A DNA stretch of 50,929 nt, taken from assembly GCA_031409655.1 (NCBI GenBank), contig JANNXQ010000274.1, positions 1 through 50,929 on the forward strand, in the 5' to 3' direction. The notes under the pieces were generated by a model. That model did not search any database. It was given only the letters and a program-made list of their open reading frames with translations, and had not been told where the DNA came from. The position numbers and the translations under genes are program-made. Positions 17,514 through 27,800 of the stretch are shown here, one piece after another (position 1 is the stretch's first letter; each line of letters begins with the position of its first letter). Origin of the DNA: Chthoniobacteraceae bacterium (GTDB lineage Bacteria; Verrucomicrobiota; Verrucomicrobiia; Chthoniobacterales; Chthoniobacteraceae).

Positions 17514-20171
17514 TTACTTTGGCATCAAAGGAAGTTCGTTATTCGGGAGCGTCACTTCAGGAGCGGGCAGTGTCTCAACGACTTCTTCGGTCTCCTCTTC
17601 GAGCCGCACTGGATCGCCAGCAGGGTTCATGAGGCGGGCGGAAACGAAGATTACGAGATTGCGCTTCAGATGCTGGTCAACATTGGAGCGGAAGAGACGG
17701 CCCAAGAGGGGGATGTCGCCAAGGAACGGAACCTTATCCTCCACCTTCTGGATATCTTCGCGCATCAAACCGCCGAGCACGACCGTCTGGCCGTCGAAAA
17801 TGCTCACGCTCGTGGTGACTTTGCGGGTGCTGAAGATCGGCTGATTGATGACGTTCGGCGTGATGATATTGGTTGCCGTCACCCCCGTGATGGGATTGGT
17901 GGAGGAGGTTTGAATCGGGCTGCCGTAGTTGATGAAGCCCTCAAATTCTACGACCTGCGGGACGAGGTTCAGGTCGATGGTGTAGCCATCCGGTCCGATG
18001 ACCGGTTCGACTTCGAGGGTCACGCCGGTATTGCGCGTCTCAAAGGCGGTCGGGGTCGTCGGGGTGACGGGGAACGAACTGGGTGCCTGAACGATGGTCA
18101 CGCCGAGACCACCGCCACCGCCTTGATTGCCCTGATTGCCGAAGTTCTGCGGGATCTGCGGTGGGTCGAACTCGGTCGGATAACGGAATTCCCGAATGAT
18201 TTCGATGACGGCGCGCTGACCGCTCTTGGTGGTGACGCGCGGTGCGGAGAGAAGGTCGATGCCCTTTTTCTGGTTGAGCGCACGGATGACGACTTGGAAG
18301 TTCGGATCGGTAAAGACGCCCGCGATGCCGAAGATCCCGGGTGCAAGGGACGAGGCACCGGCTGTTCCGAAGAGGAGTGCGTCGATGGCATTGGAGCTGA
18401 TGGCCACTTGGCCGCTCCGATTTCCGCCCGTCACCGGGTTCGTGCCAATCGCGCCGCCAGGACCCGTAATTGGGAAATCCGCTCCATTGACGGAGGGCGA
18501 GGTTCCGGGTGTTCCACCGGCGCCAAAGACGCCGCCTTTTCCGATATTAAAACCACCGAGCAGCCAGTCGAAACTCAGTTCCTTGAGGTTGTTTTGGGTG
18601 ACTTCGACAAACTTCGCTTCGATGTCGATTTGAACAGGGCCGGTGGTGCCTTGGCTTTCGATGATTCCGTCGATGAAATCCAACTGCTCCTGGGTATTGC
18701 GGACGATGAGTTTGCTGCTGCTCGGGATGTAGATCGCCGAAGCACCCGGGCCAAACGCAACCCCGTTGGTGATGAGCCAGTCTTTCGCCCCCTCGCGGTT
18801 GCCAATGCCTGAACCCCCTTTAGTGGCATCTGCCGGAGCCGCGGCGGGTGCTTCGAGGCCGGGGCCACCGCCCGCACCAGCGGTGCGACTGATCAAGTCA
18901 GGACGAACCTTCCACTCCCTCGTGTAAACCGTGTCGGTATTGACCCCCTGGGGAACGATTGAGACGGCGTGCGGTTCGACTTTGAACTTCAGATTTGCCA
19001 GGCCAGTAACGTAATTGAGCGCGGCGAGGAGGGGGATATTTGTGAGCTGGAGCGTGATGCGACTGTCGCCGGAATTGACCGAAGGCATCGGAGCCACGGC
19101 CAGCGGCGTTGCCGGCGCAGTGCCTGGGAGCGGCTCCAAACCGGGAATGGACGGAATTGCCGAGGCGGCAGGGTCCGGCAATGGAATGCTCCCTCCTCCG
19201 CCACCTTCGAGCTTCAGTACGAAATTAACGCCGCGGTTGGCTTCGTTTTCCTCCGTAGTGTCGAGATCCTTGCTCTTCTTTTTCAGGAGATCGACCACCT
19301 CGCGGATCGTTGCCTCCTTGAGGTCCAAGGTGGGAAGAATAATCCGCTCGAGCTTCTTCTGAATGCGGGCGATGTCGCCGCCGCTTTGCTGACCTTGGTC
19401 GATGACGACCGAACCGGGTTGGAGATTGAATTTCCGAATCGGGCGAACCCACGCGCGATCGACTTCGCGCATCGCCCGGGCGCGGGTCTCATTGTATCCC
19501 GCGAGATGCGCGTCGGACATCGCCTTGTCGATCTTCTCCTTCATCTGCTGCGCCGCGATGTTGTAAGGATCGGCGTTCAGAATCTGTTCGCAACGCTTGA
19601 AGGCGAGGTCGAACCGTCCGGATTGGTAAAAGCCCTCGGCATCCACAAACCACTGCTTCACCTGCTCGACGGTGCCGACGAACTTCGGGGTGAGAGTCTT
19701 GTTGTAGTAATCCGGCATTTCCAACCGGGAGAGGATGACCACGGCCTGCTTGTTTTTTGGATCGTAGTTGTCGAGGAGGTCGCGAAGGAGGTTCGTGGCA
19801 TCCGCATAGCGACCTTCGGTGATCCGCTGTTCAGCCAGCTTCGCGGAAGCATCCCCAAATCTGACGAGCGCAGACTGATAAGATTTCGCGGTGTTGTCCG
19901 AGTTCGGAATCAAGCGAACAGCCTGACGGTAGAGTTCGACGGCTTTGGCGTAGTCCCGGTCCTTCATCGCCCGGTCGCCGCCAGCGACGGCTTCGGTGCC
20001 CCGGGCGTCGTAGTCATACCGGCGACGCAATTCTCGCTGCACCGCGCTCTCCACCTGGGATGCTGACGCAGCACTCGCGATATTGCTCGTGCTCACGAAA
20101 AGAGTCGGGGTCACGAGCATTGAAGTGACCAGCAGCGTGGAGATGGAACGGGTGAGTGGGGGTTTGATCAT
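17514..20171 (-). CDS. Secretin, Amuc_1098-type (PilQ/GspD-like) outer-membrane channel
   Basis: N-terminal TPRs; C-terminal LLSAPRVTT, DGQTVVLGGL, KVPFLGDIPLLGRLFRS secretin signature. Confidence 0.92.
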   Translation of the reverse strand: MIKPPLTRSISTLLVTSMLVTPTLFVSTSNIASAASASQVESAVQRELRRRYDYDARGTEAVAGGDRAMKDRDYAKAVELYRQAVRLIPNSDNTAKSYQSALVRFGDASAKLAEQRITEGRYADATNLLRDLLDNYDPKNKQAVVILSRLEMPDYYNKTLTPKFVGTVEQVKQWFVDAEGFYQSGRFDLAFKRCEQILNADPYNIAAQQMKEKIDKAMSDAHLAGYNETRARAMREVDRAWVRPIRKFNLQPGSVVIDQGQQSGGDIARIQKKLERIILPTLDLKEATIREVVDLLKKKSKDLDTTEENEANRGVNFVLKLEGGGGGSIPLPDPAASAIPSIPGLEPLPGTAPATPLAVAPMPSVNSGDSRITLQLTNIPLLAALNYVTGLANLKFKVEPHAVSIVPQGVNTDTVYTREWKVRPDLISRTAGAGGGPGLEAPAAAPADATKGGSGIGNREGAKDWLITNGVAFGPGASAIYIPSSSKLIVRNTQEQLDFIDGIIESQGTTGPVQIDIEAKFVEVTQNNLKELSFDWLLGGFNIGKGGVFGAGGTPGTSPSVNGADFPITGPGGAIGTNPVTGGNRSGQVAISSNAIDALLFGTAGASSLAPGIFGIAGVFTDPNFQVVIRALNQKKGIDLLSAPRVTTKSGQRAVIEIIREFRYPTEFDPPQIPQNFGNQGNQGGGGGLGVTIVQAPSSFPVTPTTPTAFETRNTGVTLEVEPVIGPDGYTIDLNLVPQVVEFEGFINYGSPIQTSSTNPITGVTATNIITPNVINQPIFSTRKVTTSVSIFDGQTVVLGGLMREDIQKVEDKVPFLGDIPLLGRLFRSNVDQHLKRNLVIFVSARLMNPAGDPVRLEEETEEVVETLPAPEVTLPNNELPLMPK

Positions 20172-20256
20172 GGCAGACTGGTGGCGAGGCGGTGGCTGGT
20201 TGGTGAAAATAAAAAGCAGCGGGCGAAGAAGGGAAACCGGAGGAGTGCGTGCGCGC

Positions 20257-21261
20257 TTAGCGCTTCGGTCGTGGATCCTTGATGATCGTCAGATTCTCCC
20301 CTGACGGAAGCGTTATTACGGCTTCGTTTTCTTTGATGTCAACGAGTTTGTATTTCTTCTCCTTTTCCGGCAAGAGCACAAACTCCTGCAGCTTCTTGAC
20401 GCGGATCTGGACGGGAGGCTGCGGCCATTGGTAATCGAACTGCGCGAAGGAGTCCGGGGAGTCGTTCACTTGCTCCTTCACGAGCACGATTTCCTCATTC
20501 GTCTCGGTATGCACGAGGGTGAGTTCAGAGACATCCTTGTCACCGGCATTCGGGTCGGGAATGACCTTGTACTCAAACTGCTTCAGCTTGAACTTTGTAT
20601 TCCTGACGGTCTGGCCGATCGAAAGGAACTCGGTTGGCTGCCGGAGATCGACGGTATTGATCTGAAAGCTCATCTTCTCGGGCTTGTCCTTTTTCGGATT
20701 GCCGTCGATCGCATTGAAAAGCAGCCGGAAGGGCACCTTGATCCAGGCCACGAGGAAGAGTTTCGAGACGTATGGAGGGTGCGAGTCCTTGTTGTTCGGA
20801 TCCGTCTGAGGATTCGCGCGCCATTCGTCTTCGTTCAGGAAGCCATCCTTGTCCGGGTCTTCCTTGGTAGCGTTGACGTTGAGGGGGTCGAGCTTGTTAT
20901 CGAGCAGCCACTGACTCGGAATCGTTTTCCCGGAGAGGGTATCCGGCACACCCGCGACGTCCTTGATTTGCTTCGGTGTCTTGGTGGCCGCGTCGATGAC
21001 GTAGCGCTTCGGGACGAGGAAAAAAGAATTCTCAAGCGAGGGTTTCCACTGCGCGGGCGCCTCGATGGCTTGCTTGGCGATATCGACGGGCTCGAGCACG
21101 AGCGCGGGAACGTCCTTCTTCGGCTGGCCCCTAACCATGGCTGCCGTGAAGTGCTCGTCGAACCCCTTGCTCCGCTGGATCAGGAGAAATGCCACGCCCA
21201 GCAGTGCGACGCTGGCCAGAACGAGGAGGAATTGATCGTAGTTCTTTTTGATCCAATCCAT
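20257..21261 (-). CDS. Amuc_1099-like pilus-system protein
   Basis: MDWIKKNYD plus TM segment, DPDKDGFLNEDEW...TDP motif, syntenic position. Confidence 0.75.
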   Translation of the reverse strand: MDWIKKNYDQFLLVLASVALLGVAFLLIQRSKGFDEHFTAAMVRGQPKKDVPALVLEPVDIAKQAIEAPAQWKPSLENSFFLVPKRYVIDAATKTPKQIKDVAGVPDTLSGKTIPSQWLLDNKLDPLNVNATKEDPDKDGFLNEDEWRANPQTDPNNKDSHPPYVSKLFLVAWIKVPFRLLFNAIDGNPKKDKPEKMSFQINTVDLRQPTEFLSIGQTVRNTKFKLKQFEYKVIPDPNAGDKDVSELTLVHTETNEEIVLVKEQVNDSPDSFAQFDYQWPQPPVQIRVKKLQEFVLLPEKEKKYKLVDIKENEAVITLPSGENLTIIKDPRPKR

Positions 21262-21264
21262 AGG

Positions 21265-22191
21265 TTACTTGGCGGGGGGCTCGGTGAAATCAATCATCTC
21301 CAGGCGGAGCGTCAAATCGACGCGTTCTTCGCCGACGATGTACGTGGAGGGTGCCGCGACTGGCACTGGCGGGGCGCTTCCGTCCTCCGCTGGCTCTGCG
21401 CCTACTGCCGCGCCTCCTCCTGTTTTGGCGTCAGTGCGCGGTAGTTTTTCCTTTTCGTTTTTAAAGGACACGACGCGAGGGATGAAAAACTGTTCCTTTG
21501 AGGACACGATTTGGTTGAGCACGCTGCGGAGCGCGCCGGGTTCCCCGCGGACGGTCAACGAAATCTCGTGCGGCTGCACGAGTGGAACAGTCGGCTTCTC
21601 GGCCTTCGCGCCTTTGGCCGCAGGCTTTTCCTCGACGGCGGAGCGCGCTTTTCCGGATTCTTCGGGCAGTGGCTCCCTTTGCAGGTCGCGAATCTCCACG
21701 GCTTTCGCATCGATGAAGCGGGTGACGAGCCACTGAATGGCCTTCAGTTGCCTCCCCAGAAGCGCTGCTGCCGCAGGATCAGGCGTCGAAGTCTCGTATT
21801 TATCGAAGCCGAGGAAAAACTTGTCGCCCAGCTTCGTGTGCGTGCCGGCCAGCGTCTGGACATCGGTCACCGCGAGCCGAAGTTTATCCTGAAACTGCGC
21901 GGGCGTCAGCGGTTCGATCGGCAATTCCGTCGCAGCGAGACTGCGCTGGAGATCAATGATCTTCTGTTGCGCGGTGCCTTTCTGACCTTCCAGTTCCTTC
22001 ACGTTCGCCGCGCTCGGGTAGGGGGCAAGCTTGTGCAGGCGGGCCCGTTCACTGGCCTTGGCTTCGTAGGCCGCAGTGGCTTCTTCGAGTCGGCCGCTCG
22101 CGCCCATGATCAGCCATCCGAGGACCCCGATCCCGATGACGAGAACGGCGAGCAACCCGGTCAGGAACTTGTTTTCTTTGATCCAGTTCAT
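21265..22191 (-). CDS. Amuc_1100-like (PilO-like) pilus-system protein
   Basis: MNWIKENKF plus TM segment, coiled coil, FFLGFDKY, IVGEERV; position between pilM-like and Amuc_1099-like genes. Confidence 0.75.
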   Translation of the reverse strand: MNWIKENKFLTGLLAVLVIGIGVLGWLIMGASGRLEEATAAYEAKASERARLHKLAPYPSAANVKELEGQKGTAQQKIIDLQRSLAATELPIEPLTPAQFQDKLRLAVTDVQTLAGTHTKLGDKFFLGFDKYETSTPDPAAAALLGRQLKAIQWLVTRFIDAKAVEIRDLQREPLPEESGKARSAVEEKPAAKGAKAEKPTVPLVQPHEISLTVRGEPGALRSVLNQIVSSKEQFFIPRVVSFKNEKEKLPRTDAKTGGGAAVGAEPAEDGSAPPVPVAAPSTYIVGEERVDLTLRLEMIDFTEPPAK

Positions 22192-23909
22192 TTCTTCTCG
22201 GCCGGGAGGCTTATGGGATTCTTCAGCACGAGCGGGATGGCGTACTCGTAGGCCCACTCGGTTTCATTCTGCACGGACCGCACGAAGCCGTCCTCTTCAC
22301 TCTTGAGCACTTCGAACTGCTCGGACTTCTCAAGGTTCGTGACGAAGTCGTCCACGACACTGGCCTGGCGGTCGTTGAAAAGATAGAGCCCTTTCAGCAT
22401 GGCGATGGTCCGGGGTGGGGCCGGTTTTTCCGCTGCGCCGCCTTTTTTCTTCGGGGTCGGCGGTGGGGCCGGTGCCGCTACTTGCGACGCCTCGAAACTC
22501 GTCACCCAGACAAAATCCGCGGGCAGGCGGCCGTTGATATCGTCGATGATTTTCAGCCAATACTGACGGTCCGTGGACGCCTGAATGAGCGGCTGCGACT
22601 GCTCCACGAGGGCCGCCACTTCCGCGCGCGCGCCCTTTATTTTCTTCTCGTAGCCCTGCAGTTGATTGACCTCCGGAGAAATGCTCTCTGCCACTGCTTC
22701 CGTGACCTTCGCCGCATTTTCAAAGTAGAGCCAGAACCCGGCGAAGGCTGCGAGCACTGCGAGCGCGGCGAGCACGAAGAATGGCCGGCGTTTCGCGATC
22801 TCCTTCCGCCGCACGACGCTGAGCGGCTGGAGGTTCAGCTCCATCGGGCAGGTGGTCGCGCTGCGGAGCGCCAGCCCGACGAGTTCGCCGAGGGTGTGCG
22901 CCTGGTGGCCGATCTGCTCGGAATTGACATTGCCCGAGATGGTCACGTTGCGCATCGGGTTAAAGACCTCGACGGGCAGATTCAGCTTCTCGTGGAAAAA
23001 CTCGCGGATGTAGGGGAGCGAGGAGCTGCCGCCGCTCAGGAAGACCCGGACGGGTGCGCTCCCGCTTTGTTGCGAGCGGTAGAAGGTGATCGAGCGCGCG
23101 ATTTCCGCGTGCAGGCGGGTCATCGAATTGCGGATCAGCTTCGAGAGCCGCGCCACATCTGGATCATCAGGCTCGGCATACGCGCCGCCGAGGCTGACAA
23201 ACCCTTCCGCACGCTTCCGCTTTTCCGCGTCGGCGAAGGTCTCGTTGAATTCCTTGGCGATCTGCGTGGTGATCGTCGTTCCGCCATTCGGGATGGAGCG
23301 GCTGAAAACCTTGTTTGGCTCGATGAAGAGCAAATTTGTGGTGCGGGCGCCGATATCGAGGATCAGCGAACAGCCGTCGAGGTCGCTGTAATTGTAGCGG
23401 AAGGCGTTGTAAACGGCCATCGGCGCCACGTCCACGATGCCCGTCTGGAGGGTGGAATGCTCGACCGCGTCGTTGATCTCATCGAGCAGGTCGCTCTTCA
23501 CCGCGACGATGACCGTCTCCACCTGGCTGGCTTCGCCGCTATCCACGAGCTGGTAGGCCCAGACCACCTCATTGATCGGATACGGCACATTCTGCTGCGC
23601 CTCAAAAGTCACGATCTGATCCACCTGCTCCTCGCCCACGGACGGGAGCTTCACGAAGCGCGTGAAGACCTGCTGGGCCGAAATCGAGTAGTTGACTGGC
23701 TGCCCCTTCAGCTTCATCGCCGCGACCATCTCCTGCACGAGGAGTCGCGCCTGCGCATGCCGGGTGGCGTCCGCCGCCGGATCCGCCATCAATTCCCGAG
23801 TCTGATATGAATTGAGGACGAGTCCTCCCTTTTGCCCGGTCTTAAACTCGGCCAGACCCAGCGTCTGACTACCGAGATTAAGACTCAGGATGCGAGTTGG
23901 GGCAGCCAT
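22188..23909 (-). CDS. pilM: Type IV pilus assembly PilM (Amuc_1101-like, PilM-PilN fusion)
   Basis: FTRFVKLP, EAQQNVPY, LDIGARTT, LSGG and ELVGLALR motifs, then ELNL, TM segment and PilN-like tail. Confidence 0.88.
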   Translation of the reverse strand: MAAPTRILSLNLGSQTLGLAEFKTGQKGGLVLNSYQTRELMADPAADATRHAQARLLVQEMVAAMKLKGQPVNYSISAQQVFTRFVKLPSVGEEQVDQIVTFEAQQNVPYPINEVVWAYQLVDSGEASQVETVIVAVKSDLLDEINDAVEHSTLQTGIVDVAPMAVYNAFRYNYSDLDGCSLILDIGARTTNLLFIEPNKVFSRSIPNGGTTITTQIAKEFNETFADAEKRKRAEGFVSLGGAYAEPDDPDVARLSKLIRNSMTRLHAEIARSITFYRSQQSGSAPVRVFLSGGSSSLPYIREFFHEKLNLPVEVFNPMRNVTISGNVNSEQIGHQAHTLGELVGLALRSATTCPMELNLQPLSVVRRKEIAKRRPFFVLAALAVLAAFAGFWLYFENAAKVTEAVAESISPEVNQLQGYEKKIKGARAEVAALVEQSQPLIQASTDRQYWLKIIDDINGRLPADFVWVTSFEASQVAAPAPPPTPKKKGGAAEKPAPPRTIAMLKGLYLFNDRQASVVDDFVTNLEKSEQFEVLKSEEDGFVRSVQNETEWAYEYAIPLVLKNPISLPAEKK

Positions 23910-23935
23910 GAAAAATCGAATCCGGTCCCCGAGGC

Positions 23936-24499
23936 TTAGCGGGTCTTTTTGATGGCCTCGTACCGGTCGTAGAAGAGCGGAGCAAACGGCGTCTCGTCCT
24001 TATTCAGCACGAGGCCGGGGACCTGCGCCACATTCGGAATCGCCCCCGGCTTCAGAGTCGCCGGCGCATCGAGCTTCACGCCCTGCCGCTCCACGGACAC
24101 CCAGACGTTCTCGATGCTCCCAGCGGTCAGAGCCTTGCCTCCCGTGAGCTTGAGCAGCGAGCGGGGCGAGACGTACATCACCGAGTAGTGTTCGCGGCCC
24201 TTCGGGATATTGATGTGCGTCACCTGGCCAACGAGGAGCTTCTTCTCGACCATGATCGTGTAGGTGAAAGTGAGTTCGTCCACGTCTTCCGGCTTGGTTT
24301 CGTATTCGATCTCCACCTCCAGCCAGTCGCCAGGCTTCGAGCGCTTCTGCGGGCCGCTCGTGAGACTAAACTCCGGCGTCTTGACCATCGCGGGCTGGAC
24401 TTTGCCGAGTTTGACGTCACCCGCCTTCATTGCAGTTTGGGCGTGCGCTCCCAGAGTGAGGGCCAGTCCGGCGACGAGGGTGAGGGAAAATGTTTTCAT
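23936..24499 (-). CDS. Amuc_1102-like secreted protein
   Basis: Signal peptide, WLEVE motif, C-terminal ETPFAPLFYDRY; first gene of the cluster. Confidence 0.72.
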   Translation of the reverse strand: MKTFSLTLVAGLALTLGAHAQTAMKAGDVKLGKVQPAMVKTPEFSLTSGPQKRSKPGDWLEVEIEYETKPEDVDELTFTYTIMVEKKLLVGQVTHINIPKGREHYSVMYVSPRSLLKLTGGKALTAGSIENVWVSVERQGVKLDAPATLKPGAIPNVAQVPGLVLNKDETPFAPLFYDRYEAIKKTR

Positions 24500-24738
24500 G
24501 GAGGGGATTGCTGGGGATGACACCTAAAAAAGGTCCGCAGTTCTTGCTGATTTATTTTTTCGTTGGGAAGGAAAAAGTGTTTCCTCTGTGCGAAATCAAT
24601 TCGGGAGGCGGTTCGCGGGGATCGCGAGCGGCAAAAGCAGACTGCGTCACGGCGCACGAATACGCAACCCCATGCACCCCTGCGCGGGCCTCATCCCGCA
24701 GATTTTCCGCCCCGCATTTTCACTCCACATTGTACCAC

Positions 24739-24820
24739 TCCCGCCAGCCGCCTGCGCCAGCCGCGTGCTGAAGTGCTCGATCGTCTTCCGGATGTCCTGG
24801 TCGAAATCCACCCGCGGCTC
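24739..24820. repeat. Degenerate direct repeat, copy A: displaced copy of the UDP-glucuronate decarboxylase 3' end
   Basis: Matches 31675-31756 at about 71 of 82 nt by manual alignment; translates EPRVDFDQDIRKTIEHFSTRL versus [21 protein letters not shown]. Confidence 0.92.
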
Positions 24821-24834
24821 GCGCCGGGCAGCTC

Positions 24835-27800
24835 CTACGGCCCGGTGCGCACTTTGATGAAGAGCTTCGTCGCGCCGGGGAAGGGGCCGAGCTGGATCAC
24901 GAGATTTCCACCGGTGCCGGGGACGGGGGCGCCGGCGATGGGGGTCCACGTCACGAGGTCGGGGGAGCTTTCAAAGGTGTAGCTGCGGCCCACCACGCTG
25001 GGGAAGGTGACGGTCACATTCGGGCTGGTGCGGGTGAATTGGGTCACGCGCAGGTAGCTCGTGATGTCGGTGGGGTTGGTAAGGGCGAGCCATTCGTTCA
25101 GGTTCGTCACGCCGTCGCCGTCGAAGTCGAAGGTGCTCGCGTGTTGCGGGGCGGTGGCGGCGTTGGGCAGGGTTTCCCAGATGAAGTTCGCGTAGTTTGT
25201 AAAGGTGCCGGCTTCATACGCGCCGATGTCGGGCAGGCCGACCATGGGGAAGCCGCGCTGATCGTTGGTGACGGTGGACGTGGTGGCGGCATTGCGCAAC
25301 GGACTGCCCGGGAGCAATGCACGAGTCTTCGTCGGACCTCCGTAGTCATCCAAAGGCGCGAGCTGCGGGTCGATGCCGGAGAAGACGGGATTGACGAGGC
25401 TCTCCTGCCGGTTCGACCGACCGGAAAAGAGCTCCACGAGGCTCCAGCGGATGTCCACGATGATGCTATTGCTGCTGGTCACATCGGATTGCGGCCACTG
25501 CCGATAATTTCCCGCGATGGTGCAGTGGGTGAGCGTGAGCGGACCGCCGTTTCCGATGGCACCGTCGAGATTTCCGGAAAGCGTGCAACGGGTGAGACTG
25601 GCCGAGCCATAGGTGCTGATGGCTTCGCCGGTATTGTCGAAGAGCGCGCAGTTGGTCAGCTCCAGCGAGCCCGCGTTGTCGATCGCGCTGCCGTAGTAAT
25701 ACACATAGTTTCCGGACATCGAACAGTCCGTGAGGCGCAACGTTCCGCGATTGTGAATGGCGCCGCCCCACCGGGCGACATTGTCGGTCAGGACGCAACT
25801 CGTGAGGGTCACGGTGCCTTCGTTGTAAATCGCGCCGCCCTCGTCGCCGCTATTCATCGTGAAGGTGCATCGGTCGGCCGTCAGCGTGCCCAGGTTCCAG
25901 ACGGCATAGTTACCGCGGGTGAAGTTGACGCCGCGCACCGTGACCGCTGCACCGCTGGGCACATTGAGGATGGGGTAGTTTTCGCCATCGAGGATTGGCC
26001 GGGCGGCGAGATTGCTGGCGTCGATGGTCACGGCGTCCGGGTCGGCGATCGTGAAAAAGGCAAAGGGGATCGTCTGTCCGGACACATCGGGATCGAAAAC
26101 GATGACATCCGGCCCGGGGTGCGTCGCGGCGTATGCGAGCGCGTTCGGGAGTGAGCCGACGTCGTATGGGGAGGCACTGGTCACCTTGAGGGCGCTGACC
26201 AGGGTAATCACCACATCGTTCCCGTCTCCGCCGCGATAACTGATCCGCGCATTGAAAAGCGGCGAGCCTGGCCACGGGACGCTGCCACCTTCCGGGATCA
26301 GGATAAAACCGCCCGAGTTGTCGAAACTGCCGACGATCGGGTCCGTGCCGTCGTTCTCGATCAACGTGAATGTTTGTCCTTCGCTGCCGGCATAGGTAGT
26401 GCCGTCCAGCAAGAGGCGCGTGTGGGCGAGATCCACCTGGCCATTCACCTTCAGGACCGGAAAGTCGGTGTGCGCCACTGGCCCCGAGATGGGGCAAGCC
26501 AGACCGTAGAGTTGAACCGTCCTGCCAGCACCGAGAGTCACATCCACGCCGGGAGTGGCGGCGACAATCCTGTCGCCGAGACTCAGGTCCCCAATGTTGG
26601 CGTGCTCGAAGGGAGCACTGATCGTGATCTGCGCCCCCCCCACGAGGAGATCCTCGGTGGTGATGCGGTCCAGCTCCGCGCTGCTGAGCCCGAGGGTGTT
26701 CCATACATCAGGTCCTCCCAGGTCGGTGAAACTCACCCGTGGAAGCAGCCACACGGTATTCGCAGCAATCGCCGAGGTGGCATCGATGGACAACGAGTAC
26801 ACGTAGAACTCCGCCTTTCCCAACCCACCCGAGCAAGAGATCAATGCCCCGTCGCTGAGCGAGACACTGAAGCCACCGTGCCACCTGAGGAATGTGTTGA
26901 GGTAAACCGAGTCACTCGCGGAAGTAATCGCCGAGCCCGGCCCCGCCACCTCGATGCTGTGATTCCCCGCGGTGCCCGCGCCATTCCACCCATCCACGTA
27001 GATCGGTGCCAGATTCGTGGGTCCACCGATCACTCCACCATCGAGCACGGCGACGCCGGAATTCGCGCTGCCCGTTTCGACCCCCCCCCCATAGCCGGTC
27101 ACAGAAACATAACCGCTGGCCGCGATGCGCGAGCCCGCGCCGACCACGGAGACTCCGCGATTGCCCTGGCCTCCACTTCCCTCTCCGCCACGGCCCTCGA
27201 CGAAGACCTGCGTTCCCACGATGGCTCCGCCGCTCTTCACCATCACGCCCGTCTGCGAACCCGTGGCCGCGGTTCCCCCGAAGCCGAAGATCGTACCCCG
27301 AAAAGAACCGGTATCGATGGTCGCGCCGTCGATCAGGACGCCGACGTAATCTCCGACCGGAAATGGGGAATTTTCATTCGTCTCGATGATCATCTCGCCA
27401 CTAGCAGTGCCGAGCCACGCCCCAGGCGCGAAGGACACATTGCGCGCGCAGCGGATGGTGACCTTGCCCGTGCCGGAGGTGACCACCCGCGCGCCTGCCG
27501 AGACATGCATCGAGTTGGCTCCGGGGATGTAGGTCCTCCGCTGTAGATCGACTTCGAGATGACGATTCGGCGCCAGAGTGACGTTGCCGTTGAAATTCAC
27601 CGTGTTATCGGCGGTGCCGCCGGTGATGGTCAGGCTCGGCATGGAACTGCGGGAAAAGTCGCCGAAGTCGATCGTCTGACTCCCCGTGCGTTCCCGCAGC
27701 AAGACGCTCGTGATTCCGCCGAGCGAAAGGGGGCCGCTGTCGCCGGGGACGGGCGGCGCGCCATCGATGCTGAAGGTGCGGCCAGGTGCTGCGAATCGAA

